64,000 nucleotides of DNA from a virus (IMGVR_UViG_2862963355_000001:4660-68659), one strand, 5' to 3'. Positions 27,232-37,083 are shown, numbered from the stretch's first letter. Numbers and translations are program-made. Notes: generated by a model not told the origin, from the letters alone.

Positions 27232-29352
27232 TCACTGCCACTCGATGACGATCCGGTTGAGGGCATTGTCGAACGCGAATCGTCCCGGCGCCGAGGCCGG
27301 CGGTGCACCATCGAGATTCTGGACTTCGAAGGCCACGTTGCGCTCGCGGAAACCGCGATTCCATACGCCCATCTCTTCGGCCACCCGATCGGCGAGCTCC
27401 TTGCCTGCCGGACCGTGGCCGATGGCTCCCGCCTCGTACAACTGCCCGCCGTCCTCGGCAAGACCAGCCTTCCGCAGCGTGAGGTAGGCGAAGCTGCTTT
27501 GTTCCGCCACCGCCATGGGCCGGAACCCGTCGGCCAGGTTGCTGGCCCCGGCGCCGTTACGATCGACTTCCATCCGGCTGAGGGCGTTGTCCAGGCTGCA
27601 CGACAGCCAGAGCCACATGTACTCCGGCGACTCAGACCCCCGGAACGTCACGCCCGACCACGCTTCGGTTCCCGGCTGGTCGAGCACGCCGCGCAGCGCC
27701 TCGTCCGCCTTCTGCTCCTGGTTGAACTGGAGCTTGACTGCGCCGTCGTCGGTCAGTGCGACAAGGCGCCGCGGGTCATCAGCTACCCCTGCCCGCAGCG
27801 GCATGAACGTGCACATCGCACTGCGGACGCTACGCCAGCGGCCATCTGCGTCCCGCTCGAAGGCGACAGCACGCGAGACGCTGCCCCGCAGCCGGAGAGG
27901 CACGACGAGGCGGCCGTCGGGCGCGAGCTGGTCGAGCCAGGCCGACGGGATCCCGTGAGCACCAACGGTCGCGACGATCCGGTCGTAGGGAGCGCCCTCC
28001 AGGTGGCCGACCGCGCCGTCTCCGAGGATTACGGTCACGACGTCGGCGAATCCGGCTTCTTCGACGGCCGCTTGGGCGTTGTCCACGAGGTCCTGGTCCA
28101 CGTCGATCGTGTATACGTGCCCCTCTTCACCGACCAGACGTCCCATGGTCGAGGCGAACAGGCCGCTGCCGGCACCGCCTTCCAGGATCCTCATGCCCGG
28201 CTTTGCTTCGGTGAGTTCCAGCATGAGGGCGTTGACCGACGGCTGGGAGACGGCGCTGATGGACGCACCGGAGCTGTCGAACTTGGTGTGGACCGGGGTG
28301 TCGGCGTACGCCTCTTCGAGGGTGGCGCCAGGCTTCGACTGGCGTACGAACACGTGTCGAGGTACTGCCCGAAGAGCGGCTTCGATGTCGTCGCTGTGCA
28401 CGCGTCCATCGGCCTTGAGCTGGTCGACCAGCTTGTTGCGGAGGTTCTCGGCAGCGGTGTTGTCGTTGATCGTGTCGGTATCCACGCCGGTGAGGCTAGT
28501 GGCATCAGCGGCCGTGCCTGATGCAGACGCGGCGGATTCGCTCGTTCCCATGACTACCTCTTTCGCCAGGTTTGACAAGGTGCTTTGGTCCTCACTGCTG
28601 AGGCCCAATCGGTTCCAGTGGAAGATCAGGTGGTGGGCGAGTACCGCTCGAAATCCGCGTTCCAGCCGTCCAAGGCGGTGGAGGCGAGCGAGCCGCTGCC
28701 CTGCCCACTCGAACGTGGCAAGCCAGTCGGCCAGTCCCGTCAACGAGCCTCCGTCGACGAGCCTGCTGGTGGCGCTGACATCGACGGTCATGAGCTGTCG
28801 CACAGCCTTCGCGGCCCGGTCGGACACGGGCGCGACCGCCGTGCCTTGTCGCTCAGCGGCCACCCTCGCCCATACGTCGCCCTGCTCGAAACGATCCAGG
28901 CCCGCGGAGCGCATGAGAACGCTGAACAGCAAGATCGCCAGCTCGCGCCGTCCCAGGCCCGGCGCCTCGGGGACTTCCCGCACAGCGGCGGCGAATTCGA
29001 GGATGTGGCGACTGTCGTGGTGAAACAGCTCGTGGGCCAGCTTCATCCCGGCGGCGCCACCGAATGCCACCGCCTCCGGCTCGTAGATCCCCACCGTCCA
29101 CTCGCTGACTAAGCCCTCGGCCCGCAGGCGTTCCAAGAGGCTGTCCAGGCGTGTGGAAGCCCGATCGTCAGTGGGCTCATACCGGATCCGCCAGCACGGG
29201 AATTTGCGCAGGAACGACCACTGCACGATCTCGCCCTCCGCTGCACCGACCTCAAGCTCGGGCAGAAGGTGTTCGGCGGCGAGCTGTTCAGAGTCCGGCC
29301 AGGTGGCGAACTGGACGAGGCGCTGCGGCCACTCGTCAGGTGCCATATTCAC
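27232..29352 (-). CDS. fxlM: FxlM-type O-methyltransferase (PIMT/PCMT-like) fused to an N-terminal SpaB_C/thiopeptide-type elimination domain
   Basis: N-terminal WSFLRKFPCWRIRY...IYEPEAVAFGG...HHLIFHWNRLG; C-terminal VPRHVF...ILEGGAGSG...YDRIVATVG...GRLVVP. Confidence 0.88.
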   Translation of the reverse strand: MNMAPDEWPQRLVQFATWPDSEQLAAEHLLPELEVGAAEGEIVQWSFLRKFPCWRIRYEPTDDRASTRLDSLLERLRAEGLVSEWTVGIYEPEAVAFGGAAGMKLAHELFHHDSRHILEFAAAVREVPEAPGLGRRELAILLFSVLMRSAGLDRFEQGDVWARVAAERQGTAVAPVSDRAAKAVRQLMTVDVSATSRLVDGGSLTGLADWLATFEWAGQRLARLHRLGRLERGFRAVLAHHLIFHWNRLGLSSEDQSTLSNLAKEVVMGTSESAASASGTAADATSLTGVDTDTINDNTAAENLRNKLVDQLKADGRVHSDDIEAALRAVPRHVFVRQSKPGATLEEAYADTPVHTKFDSSGASISAVSQPSVNALMLELTEAKPGMRILEGGAGSGLFASTMGRLVGEEGHVYTIDVDQDLVDNAQAAVEEAGFADVVTVILGDGAVGHLEGAPYDRIVATVGAHGIPSAWLDQLAPDGRLVVPLRLRGSVSRAVAFERDADGRWRSVRSAMCTFMPLRAGVADDPRRLVALTDDGAVKLQFNQEQKADEALRGVLDQPGTEAWSGVTFRGSESPEYMWLWLSCSLDNALSRMEVDRNGAGASNLADGFRPMAVAEQSSFAYLTLRKAGLAEDGGQLYEAGAIGHGPAGKELADRVAEEMGVWNRGFRERNVAFEVQNLDGAPPASAPGRFAFDNALNRIVIEWQ

Positions 29353-29373
29353 TGTTGCCTCTCTTCGTACGGG

Positions 29374-30645
29374 TCAGTTGATCAAGAAGCATGTGTCCCA
29401 GCCGGATATGGGGGGCGTGCCTGTCTGCGTCGCGTGCAGAGCGAGAGCCACGCCGGCTGCGCCTTCGAGCAGTCCGATGTCGCCGGGCCCGTTCGGCGGC
29501 CGAAGAAGCGATGTGGCCAGAGCAACTGGCTCGACGTGTGTGATGGGAGCGAGCAGGCGAGGCAGCTGCTCGGCGAGGACGGGCTTGATCGCGTCCGCCG
29601 CCATGCTCCGCGTGATGTGCGCCAGCCCCGCAAATCCGTGACAGATGGAGTGATCTCCGGTCGCTTGCAGCTGTTCCGGATCTGTCATCGCGTGTGCCAT
29701 GGCGCTCTCGGCCATCTGTTGCCGCTCTGTGTCGCCCGTCGCGATTCCAGCGAGTTGCAAAGCTCGGGCGATGCCCGCTGTTCCGTAGCACCAGCTCGGG
29801 CGTGAGGGGCCGTTGCCGGCATCGCCGTAGCGAAGCTGCTCTCGGGTGATCCAGTAGGGCCACCAGGGTCCGGCCGGTCCGTCCTGACGCCATCGATCCA
29901 GCCATGCGCAGATCCGGCTGATTGCCTCGGCCTGTCCGTCGACAGTGACACCGCGCCGTGCGGCAATCGACAGAAGAGCCAGTGGGCCACCGATGCCGTG
30001 TGCTACCCCCGTGTTGGCGTGGCCTTGAGGGAATTCCGGTGACGGCTTGCCGGAGGGGGCCAGGTCGCACCACCAACCGGGTACGAGCTCGCCGGAGCTT
30101 TCGATCGGTTCGGTGAGCCGGACCAGGTAGGAAAGGACAGCTCGGGTCAGGTCGACTTGGCCCTCGCGCCTGAGCAGAAGAGCACCGAGGCCGCTCAGGC
30201 CGCGGATGGTGTCGAACTCCGCCAGCGCGGGCAGCTGCCCACGGTCCATTCGGAGATGTGCACGCTCCAGCCGGTGACGCGTCATGTTCTCGATGTGCCG
30301 GTCGAGGGTGTCCAGGGCGCGGGCATACCGCTCGGGCCGGTCTGCCGCCGCGGCGTTCAGAGCGAAGGCGAGCGCGGGGGCGCCGTAGTAGAGGTGACCG
30401 TCCACGCCGCCGACGGCTGGGGCTTCAGCGGCGCAGGTGAGCCAGTCGTGAGCGAGCTTCCACGACGCGATGCCGGAGCGGGCCCGCTCGACGTGTAAGA
30501 GAGCGACGCCTGCGGCGCCGTACGCCAGAGACTGCGGAAACCAGCCCTGTGTGAGTTCAAGCCCGCGCACATCGGCCGGTGAAGCCAAGCGATCGGCGAT
30601 GGCGTCGGCTGCTGCCTGCACCCTGAGGTCTGACGTCTCGCTCAT
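29374..30645 (-). CDS. lanC: Lanthionine synthetase LanC (cyclase)
   Basis: GVAHGIGG, SWCYG and SICHG Zn-ligand motifs, GLLEGAAG. Confidence 0.95.
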   Translation of the reverse strand: MSETSDLRVQAAADAIADRLASPADVRGLELTQGWFPQSLAYGAAGVALLHVERARSGIASWKLAHDWLTCAAEAPAVGGVDGHLYYGAPALAFALNAAAADRPERYARALDTLDRHIENMTRHRLERAHLRMDRGQLPALAEFDTIRGLSGLGALLLRREGQVDLTRAVLSYLVRLTEPIESSGELVPGWWCDLAPSGKPSPEFPQGHANTGVAHGIGGPLALLSIAARRGVTVDGQAEAISRICAWLDRWRQDGPAGPWWPYWITREQLRYGDAGNGPSRPSWCYGTAGIARALQLAGIATGDTERQQMAESAMAHAMTDPEQLQATGDHSICHGFAGLAHITRSMAADAIKPVLAEQLPRLLAPITHVEPVALATSLLRPPNGPGDIGLLEGAAGVALALHATQTGTPPISGWDTCFLIN

Positions 30646-33600
30646 GAATGCCGCGCTTTCCAGGCGAGCGCAGCGGCCCGAGCCAGCCTCAGGCAGGTGC
30701 GCTCGTCGTCTTTGTCGATGCCGGCGGCTCGGATGTGGTGGCCATGGAGGAGCGAATCAAGGATGGTGTCGGGGTTCACGTCCTCGGCCTGGCGCAATAG
30801 CTCCCGATACTGGCCCAGGGCACGGTCGCGGGCTGCCCACTGGGCGTACATCGTCTCTCCACCGGGGGCTGCACGGAGCCCGGCCCAGTTGTCCGAGGGA
30901 TCAGCCAGCCGTACCGCCTCTGCGAGCACGTGTCGATCCAGCGGTTCGGAAGCGTGAATCTTGCCGTACCTGATCATCCAGTCCATGCCCTCGCGCGAGC
31001 CGCCGGAGAAGGCCACCGCAATGGCTATGAGGTTGCTGGCTGCGAGGACCTGCGGGTGGGGGCCGCCTGGTAGGGCGAACTGTTGGGCAAGGCAGCGTGA
31101 GTCGGCGGCGAAGACGGCCTCGACGGCTTGCATGGCTGCCCCGCGTCCCCACCTTCCGGTCTCGGGGTAGGAGGTGGCGAATTGCAGGTCGCTGAGCAAG
31201 CCGTCCTCACGAAGACCATCCGCCCACCTGCTGATCCACGCGGCGGCCTGACCGAAGGCTGCGGGGTCAGGAAGAGCAACCCTCAGGCGAATGTGCGGGC
31301 GCGGGTCGCGGTACCGCATGTACCACCATGCTGGCGGCTGGTCCCATTGCGCGAGGAGCTGCGGGAGGTAGTGGCCCAGGATCTCTGGCTGCCGCTCGTT
31401 GTGCCCGTACAGCTTGGCCATAAGCCATTCGGATCCGCCGGGCAGGCGCCCGTGGCCACGTCCAATGAGGCGGGAAGCGGAGACAGCTGGTGCGGCGGGC
31501 CACTGCGGGGGAACGGCTGCCGTCATCGGAACGGTGATCTCGTGGGCATGGCCACTGAACCAGGTGCTGGTGCCCTGGGGGGCTTCGGCGAGCACCGCGC
31601 GCTCGGAAACGTCCAGGTGCGAGCGCAGGAGTTCGAGGTGTGCGCTGTGCCCGAGGTCCAAGTGCAGAAGTCGGTCGCCCTCGGTCAGGTAGACCGACTT
31701 CGGGAGCCGGCGTTGCTCTGCCCACCTTTGCAGCTCCTCGCGCCACTCTTTCCACGGAGCAGCGCGGCTGGGCAGTTCGGAGCGCGTCAGTCGCCACCTG
31801 GCCGGCGAGAGGACCGTTCGGCCGTAGCGCAGGCGCGGAAGGAACGGGAGCCGATCAGCAATTCCCCACGTGAAGCCGGTGACGACGGCGGCCTGCGCTT
31901 TGCCGATCTCGCTGAGGAACCGGGCCAAGGGCGGGGTGTGTGTTCGCAGGTCGAGAGCGTGTAGTGCGTAGGCGTCCACTCGGGCCTTTCGGGATACCGA
32001 AGCCAGGTAGAGGCGACGTCGGTCGCAGCCCACTGCGAGATCGCTCAGCGGAATCACGCTCGGGCCGGCTGGTCGGTGTTCCGCCACGCTGATGATCTCG
32101 GGGGCCAATGCGGGCGCGCGGGTTACGTGGGCGTCGCTCGGGTCGAGCGGTGCAAAGGAGAGCTGGGCCAGCCGCGTACCGGGATCGGTCGTCGGCAGTT
32201 GCGCGATTTCACGGGCTGCTCGGGCTCGATCAGATTCGTCCAGCAAACCGATGAAGCGACCGGACAGGGTACCGACGCCGCGGGAGGCACTGATGACAGA
32301 GAGCGTGAAGTCGCCGCTGTCGAGTGCGTGGACCGACTCGGCGTGAAGTTGGAACCGCAGCTCGAAGTGAGGAGGGATCTGCAGCCTCTTTCGGTCCCCA
32401 AGCTGTAGCTCGGTGATCGTTTGCTCATCGAGCTGGACCTCGTCGCGACCGTCGAGCGCGGCGCTTTGGGCCAGGGCAAGAAGCTGGTGGTCGCGCGTGC
32501 TCGCCAGCCCTTCCGGCTCGGGCTCTCCATCGAGGTATCCAGCGGGGAACCCAAGACCGATGTCGGGGTCAACGACGTCCCGGAGCGGGACGAGGGAGCC
32601 GATGCCGTACCGCTCAAAGAATCTGTTGTGGTATTCCTTCCACGCCGCAGTGCCGAACGGCCAGGCAGTCAGCTGCGCCAATGCCGTCGCTGCCGATTCG
32701 GCTTCACGGCGAACCTCCCGCGGGAGGGTGAGTGAGCAGTCCACGCGCAGGTCCACCGCCAGGGGCTGAGAGGCGACGGCGCTCACGTCCGTCATCAGGC
32801 CCCGCAGCTCGGCGCGCAGACACCGGCTGGCGGGACCGGTGCCTACCTGGCTGTGCTCGTTCATGCGACGGCGAACAGAGCGGAGACGACCAACGATCTC
32901 ACTGGCCTCAGGCACGTCTTCGATACGGGCCGCTTCCACCTGATCCATGAGGTGAGCGAAGGCGTCGAACGTGGTCGACGGCGCATGGAGGCTGGTGATC
33001 AGGGCTCCGTGTTCCACCAAGGTCTCGATGAGGGGAGCAATCTTGCCTGCTGCCTTGGGGAACTCGGCGGCCACCTTCTCCACCAGCTCGTCGTAGCGGA
33101 CCGGCGCTCGGGCAGCTTCGACCGCTACCCGGACTGGTGCGGTGTACCTCAGGCGCGCCTCGGCCACGGCACCACCTTCCACGGGGCGACGCCGGGGCGG
33201 GTATGGAACGACCAGCCGGTTGCCCCGTAAGAACACCGCTGCATTTGCCATGAGCGGTAGCCGACACAGCACCTCCGGCACGGCTTCCAGCTGGCCGATG
33301 ACGTCACTGAGCCAGGCGGAATCAGCACGGGCAAGGGCACGGTGCCGTTCGCCCCAACGAACCGCGGTCTCGGCGCCGAATTCGGCCGGCGCCACACCAG
33401 CGAACAGTCCGAAAGGTGTGGCCCGACTCGTCATCCGCATCACGTATCGGATCACGGACAGAACCGTTCGGCGCACCTGCCGTACGTCCAGGCGCGCGTC
33501 GGAGCACACCGCTCCCACCTGCTGTGCAAGGTCCGGGCTCGCCAGCTCGATCGCTTCGGCAACCGCGGACAACGCCCAGACTTCTGCCAGCCATTCGCGC

Positions 33601-33734
33601 CACCGCTGCACCTGTCCGGGCGAATCGTCAGCCATGTCCGGCCAGGCTGGCAGGTCCAGTTCGGACCAACAGGCGGCTCGTACGAGCACCGACTGACCAC
33701 ACCGATACAGCTGTCGGCTACGTCTCGAAGCCAT
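30642..33734 (-). CDS. lanB: Class I lanthipeptide dehydratase LanB (full length)
   Basis: 1030 aa; RATPFGLFAG, KLYG, WWYMRYRDPRPHIRLR, SYPETGRWG. Confidence 0.95.
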   Translation of the reverse strand: MASRRSRQLYRCGQSVLVRAACWSELDLPAWPDMADDSPGQVQRWREWLAEVWALSAVAEAIELASPDLAQQVGAVCSDARLDVRQVRRTVLSVIRYVMRMTSRATPFGLFAGVAPAEFGAETAVRWGERHRALARADSAWLSDVIGQLEAVPEVLCRLPLMANAAVFLRGNRLVVPYPPRRRPVEGGAVAEARLRYTAPVRVAVEAARAPVRYDELVEKVAAEFPKAAGKIAPLIETLVEHGALITSLHAPSTTFDAFAHLMDQVEAARIEDVPEASEIVGRLRSVRRRMNEHSQVGTGPASRCLRAELRGLMTDVSAVASQPLAVDLRVDCSLTLPREVRREAESAATALAQLTAWPFGTAAWKEYHNRFFERYGIGSLVPLRDVVDPDIGLGFPAGYLDGEPEPEGLASTRDHQLLALAQSAALDGRDEVQLDEQTITELQLGDRKRLQIPPHFELRFQLHAESVHALDSGDFTLSVISASRGVGTLSGRFIGLLDESDRARAAREIAQLPTTDPGTRLAQLSFAPLDPSDAHVTRAPALAPEIISVAEHRPAGPSVIPLSDLAVGCDRRRLYLASVSRKARVDAYALHALDLRTHTPPLARFLSEIGKAQAAVVTGFTWGIADRLPFLPRLRYGRTVLSPARWRLTRSELPSRAAPWKEWREELQRWAEQRRLPKSVYLTEGDRLLHLDLGHSAHLELLRSHLDVSERAVLAEAPQGTSTWFSGHAHEITVPMTAAVPPQWPAAPAVSASRLIGRGHGRLPGGSEWLMAKLYGHNERQPEILGHYLPQLLAQWDQPPAWWYMRYRDPRPHIRLRVALPDPAAFGQAAAWISRWADGLREDGLLSDLQFATSYPETGRWGRGAAMQAVEAVFAADSRCLAQQFALPGGPHPQVLAASNLIAIAVAFSGGSREGMDWMIRYGKIHASEPLDRHVLAEAVRLADPSDNWAGLRAAPGGETMYAQWAARDRALGQYRELLRQAEDVNPDTILDSLLHGHHIRAAGIDKDDERTCLRLARAAALAWKARHS

Positions 33735-33825
33735 GTGCTCCCTCCCTCGTAAGCCCTTCAGCCAGGTGCCGGTTCGGGCAGCGGCGTACCACTGCCCGAA
33801 CCGGCATGGACTAGCGCCCCTGTGG

Positions 33826-33972
33826 TCAGGCCACCTTGGTGGCGCACGCGCTGGGGCACGAGCTGCCGCAGCCGTCGTCCGTCAGCACGATCAGCCGACC
33901 GTCATCGACGCCGGACTCCAGAACGCTGACGTCCAGGTCGAACTCGTCCTTCATCTCCACTTTCATCTCCAC
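33826..33972 (-). CDS. lanA: FxLD-family lanthipeptide precursor 2 (48 aa)
   Basis: GGAGG RBS; MEMKVEMKDEFDLDVSVLESGVDDGRLIVLTDDGCGSSCPSACATKVA; not in the ORF track. Confidence 0.92.
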   Translation of the reverse strand: MEMKVEMKDEFDLDVSVLESGVDDGRLIVLTDDGCGSSCPSACATKVA

Positions 33973-34089
33973 GGGGTTTCCTCCAAGGGTTGAGGCCGAT
34001 CCGAAGGTTCGGCTCGGTGAGCCGGTTCCGCCGTCGCCGACGGCGCCCAGAACACGTTGGCGTCGGTCCTGGGAGTTCGAGGTGTTGCG

Positions 34090-34263
34090 TCAGGCAGCGT
34101 TGCTGACACACGAGGTGCCGCAAGTGCTCCCACAACCACCGTCGGAGGCCGCGAGTTCGATGGTGGTCTTACCGGCGTCCAAGACGGTGATGTCCAGATC
34201 GAACGGGTCCTGAGCGACGGCGCCGGTGGACTCCGGCTGCCCTTCCAGCGTGCTGAGCATCAT
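34090..34263 (-). CDS. lanA: FxLD-family lanthipeptide precursor 1 (57 aa)
   Basis: GGAGG RBS; MMLSTLEGQPESTGAVAQDPFDLDITVLDAGKTTIELAASDGGCGSTCGTSCVSNAA; not in the ORF track. Confidence 0.92.
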   Translation of the reverse strand: MMLSTLEGQPESTGAVAQDPFDLDITVLDAGKTTIELAASDGGCGSTCGTSCVSNAA

Positions 34264-34470
34264 GGTGATACCTCCGTTGACTGGTCGAGACGATCTTGCG
34301 GTGTTGCAGATAGCCGGTCAGGCCCTGGAGCGTAGTGAGATAGCCACACGGCCCAGGCAGTTCCGGCCACCGGTCCGAGGTGCCATGCACCACGTGCTGG
34401 AGCGTGCGGGGCCGCTTCCCCCGGACCGGGGTTCAGGTATGCCGCCGACGCTCACCGCGGCGGCCGTCGT

Positions 34471-35391
34471 TCATGCCACAGCCAATTCGAGCTGGTGGTT
34501 GAGCACGTCCGAGAGGATGTCGGCGTCGAGCGTGAGGCGGACAACGTGGTGATCCGAGTCCGCCTCCGGGACCTCGATCACGTCAACGCCGACCACAGTT
34601 CCAAGCAGGTCGCTCGTGGCGTAGATGCGGTCGATGCGTGAGTCCGGACCGTGGGTCTCGCAACCGTTGACCGTGCGAGAAAGCGCCTTCGCGCTCCCAT
34701 CCCGCGTGTTCGCCCAATGGCGCGCGACATCCTCCAGCCCCGCCGTGCGCAGCGCCTCGTCCGGGCGGGTGTCCATGACGCGCCTGCCGCCGGGCCCAAC
34801 GAAGGACCGGTGCAAGCGGTGCGGCCGGTCGGCTATGGCCTTCAGTTCCGGCAGGGCGACGTCTCCCTCTACACCCGGTGAGGGGTACGAGTTGTTGTCC
34901 CCAGCGAGGAGAGCTGGCATCCGCACGGTCTCGCCGTCGGCCGTCGTCCACGTCTTGTCGGCCCAGACCGTGAGCCATTCGGCCTCGGCGAGCCGGGTGG
35001 TCGGGGAGGCGTAGTTCAGGTGGTACGAGGCCACCGCGATCGGCATGGATCGACTGCCCGCCGGCGTGAACCGCAAAGTCATGGCTGTCGGAGGCAGCAC
35101 CCACATCGGGCCGGTCTGCGGCCACTCTCTCAGCGGCTGGAACTTGCGGGGGTCGGCGAACACCGCAGTGCACGCCCGCGGGCCCAGCCAGCCGCGCAGG
35201 CCGAGGACATCCTCCAGCTCGTACATGATCTCGTTGCCGTTGGTGTCCGCTCCCCACATCTCCTGCCGGAGGACGAGGTGCGGATTGAGGGATGCAAGCA
35301 ACTCGTGCGCCCGGAGCCTCTTCGCTGCAATGCCCGCACCATTGCGCTCGAAGTTCCAGGACAGGACGGTAATTTGGGACTTCCGGTTCAT
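34471..35391 (-). CDS. Endonuclease/exonuclease/phosphatase (EEP) family protein B
   Basis: SWNFE, RQE, YHL, GDNNS, RIDRIY, SDH motifs. Confidence 0.88.
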   Translation of the reverse strand: MNRKSQITVLSWNFERNGAGIAAKRLRAHELLASLNPHLVLRQEMWGADTNGNEIMYELEDVLGLRGWLGPRACTAVFADPRKFQPLREWPQTGPMWVLPPTAMTLRFTPAGSRSMPIAVASYHLNYASPTTRLAEAEWLTVWADKTWTTADGETVRMPALLAGDNNSYPSPGVEGDVALPELKAIADRPHRLHRSFVGPGGRRVMDTRPDEALRTAGLEDVARHWANTRDGSAKALSRTVNGCETHGPDSRIDRIYATSDLLGTVVGVDVIEVPEADSDHHVVRLTLDADILSDVLNHQLELAVA

Positions 35392-35409
35392 TGGTGGTCG
35401 CCTCCCGAG

Positions 35410-36336
35410 TTAGGCAGCCGTGGCGGCGCTGGGTGCCAGTGCGCGGCGCACACCGGAGAGGCTGAAGGTGGCCACGACAGGACAGTGATCGGACGCTTCA
35501 CGGATCTCGTCGTTGACGATGACCTCCAGGCTCGTCAGGGCCTGGGCGACCTGCGGCGTGGCGTAGATCCGGTCGATGCGCTGCATCTCGCCTTGGTCCC
35601 TGCGCCACAGGGACGCGGTCGGAGAGAGCGCGCCGGGCTGGCGCAGCCGCGTTGCGGCGTACTGCCCCAACTCGACGAACACCGGAGGTCGGCCGTGGTG
35701 TGTACCGGCGAGGATGTGATCCGGGCGCGTGTCGGAAACGCGCTGCCCATCCCGGTCGACCGTGCGGTGCTCGAAGTGACTGCGATCCTCCACCTCGTCC
35801 CAGTCCGGGAGGAAGGCCGCCTCATCCTCACTGTGCGGATAGGAGTTGCAGTCGCCACCGATGATCGCCGCCATCCCGGGCTTGCCCAGGGTGGTCAACC
35901 GCCGCGCCTCGTTGACTCGCCGGTCGGGGTCGAAGGAGCAGAGGTGGAACGACGCGAGACTCAGCTTTGTCTGGGCACCCTTCAGCCGCACGACAGGGTT
36001 GCAGATGGGATGCCACATGCCGGTCGCGTGCTCGTAGAACTCGGTCGGCTCGCACAGGCCCGGATCGGTGTAGACGCCAGTCGCGTTCGCGGACTCCGGT
36101 GTGGCGCTGGCGAGGAACGCGGCGTGGCCTCCCAGACGAGCGGCCTCAGCCCACACCGCGCGCCTGCCGTACATGTCCGCGCGGGTCAGCTCCTGGCGCA
36201 GCAGCACATGGGGGTTGAGAGCAGCAAGGACCTCCATGGCGAGATGCCAGCGTTCGTCCGAGCCATCACGGCCGGTGCCGTTGTGCTCGACATTCCACGA
36301 GACCACGCGGAAGGCATCGTCATCGGACTTACTCAA
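35410..36336 (-). CDS. Endonuclease/exonuclease/phosphatase (EEP) family protein A
   Basis: SWNVE, RQE, FHL, GDCNS, RIDRIY, SDH motifs. Confidence 0.88.
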   Translation of the reverse strand: MSKSDDDAFRVVSWNVEHNGTGRDGSDERWHLAMEVLAALNPHVLLRQELTRADMYGRRAVWAEAARLGGHAAFLASATPESANATGVYTDPGLCEPTEFYEHATGMWHPICNPVVRLKGAQTKLSLASFHLCSFDPDRRVNEARRLTTLGKPGMAAIIGGDCNSYPHSEDEAAFLPDWDEVEDRSHFEHRTVDRDGQRVSDTRPDHILAGTHHGRPPVFVELGQYAATRLRQPGALSPTASLWRRDQGEMQRIDRIYATPQVAQALTSLEVIVNDEIREASDHCPVVATFSLSGVRRALAPSAATAA

Positions 36337-36396
36337 GGAGTCCCCCTCAAGGTGGATTGATGAAGGCGGTCAGCAAGCAAGGCGGAGGAAGCGAGG

Positions 36397-37083
36397 TCAA
36401 GAGCGAGCAGCCGCGACCTCCCGTTCGAGATCGACGACAGTGACACCGCGCAGCTCGCGTACGAGTTGAGACGCCAGGAACCACGGCCTGAGCAGACGCT
36501 CCTTGTACGACAAGGGCCGATCCGCTTCCTCGTCGCTGACCTTCACGGGCACGGGCCGCATGTCGGGGCCGGTGGTGTAGAGAGTGCCGACCACTCCGTA
36601 CAGACGCGGTACGCGCACCCGAATCACCACAGCCCCGGCCCTCACCAAGTGGCCACACTGCTCGACCGCAACCACAGCGCAATCAAGGCAGAGAGGCGGC
36701 TGCCAGGTAAGGGCGCCCTCTGGCCAATCCGACTTCACGGAATCATCTGGCCTCGTTGCCAGGAACAGGTAGCCGCTGGCGGTCCGGCTGGCCGGCTGGA
36801 CGACGCACACCTGGCACCGGAGCCCCTGCATCGCCTCCCGCTGCCGAGACGGATGGACCTCCCGCCATCGCGGAGAGCCGACGGGCCAGCCGTCCTCGCG
36901 ATTCTGGGAGCACCGGGCCCAGAGGACCCCTTGATCGTCCCGATCCCTGGGGCCCTCGTCCAGGTAACAGAGCCCTCCGCCACCGGGGCGAAGGCCGAGC
37001 ATCGCGGCCGAGTCCGGATCCTCGCCCCGCCGAGCGGTGACGTAGGGGACGACGGAAGACCACGGCATCAGAGGAGTAGTCAT
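36397..37083 (-). CDS. Hypothetical Cys-motif (CQVC...CLDC...C) protein
   Basis: 228-aa ORF coupled to the DUF5999-like gene. Confidence 0.7.
   Translation of the reverse strand: MTTPLMPWSSVVPYVTARRGEDPDSAAMLGLRPGGGGLCYLDEGPRDRDDQGVLWARCSQNREDGWPVGSPRWREVHPSRQREAMQGLRCQVCVVQPASRTASGYLFLATRPDDSVKSDWPEGALTWQPPLCLDCAVVAVEQCGHLVRAGAVVIRVRVPRLYGVVGTLYTTGPDMRPVPVKVSDEEADRPLSYKERLLRPWFLASQLVRELRGVTVVDLEREVAAARS

Noticed and set aside
33981-33991. Extra copy of the start-associated motif before lanA2 (CTCCAAGGGTT)
   Set aside because: Two mismatches, and mostly explained by an ordinary GGAGG Shine-Dalgarno; not counted
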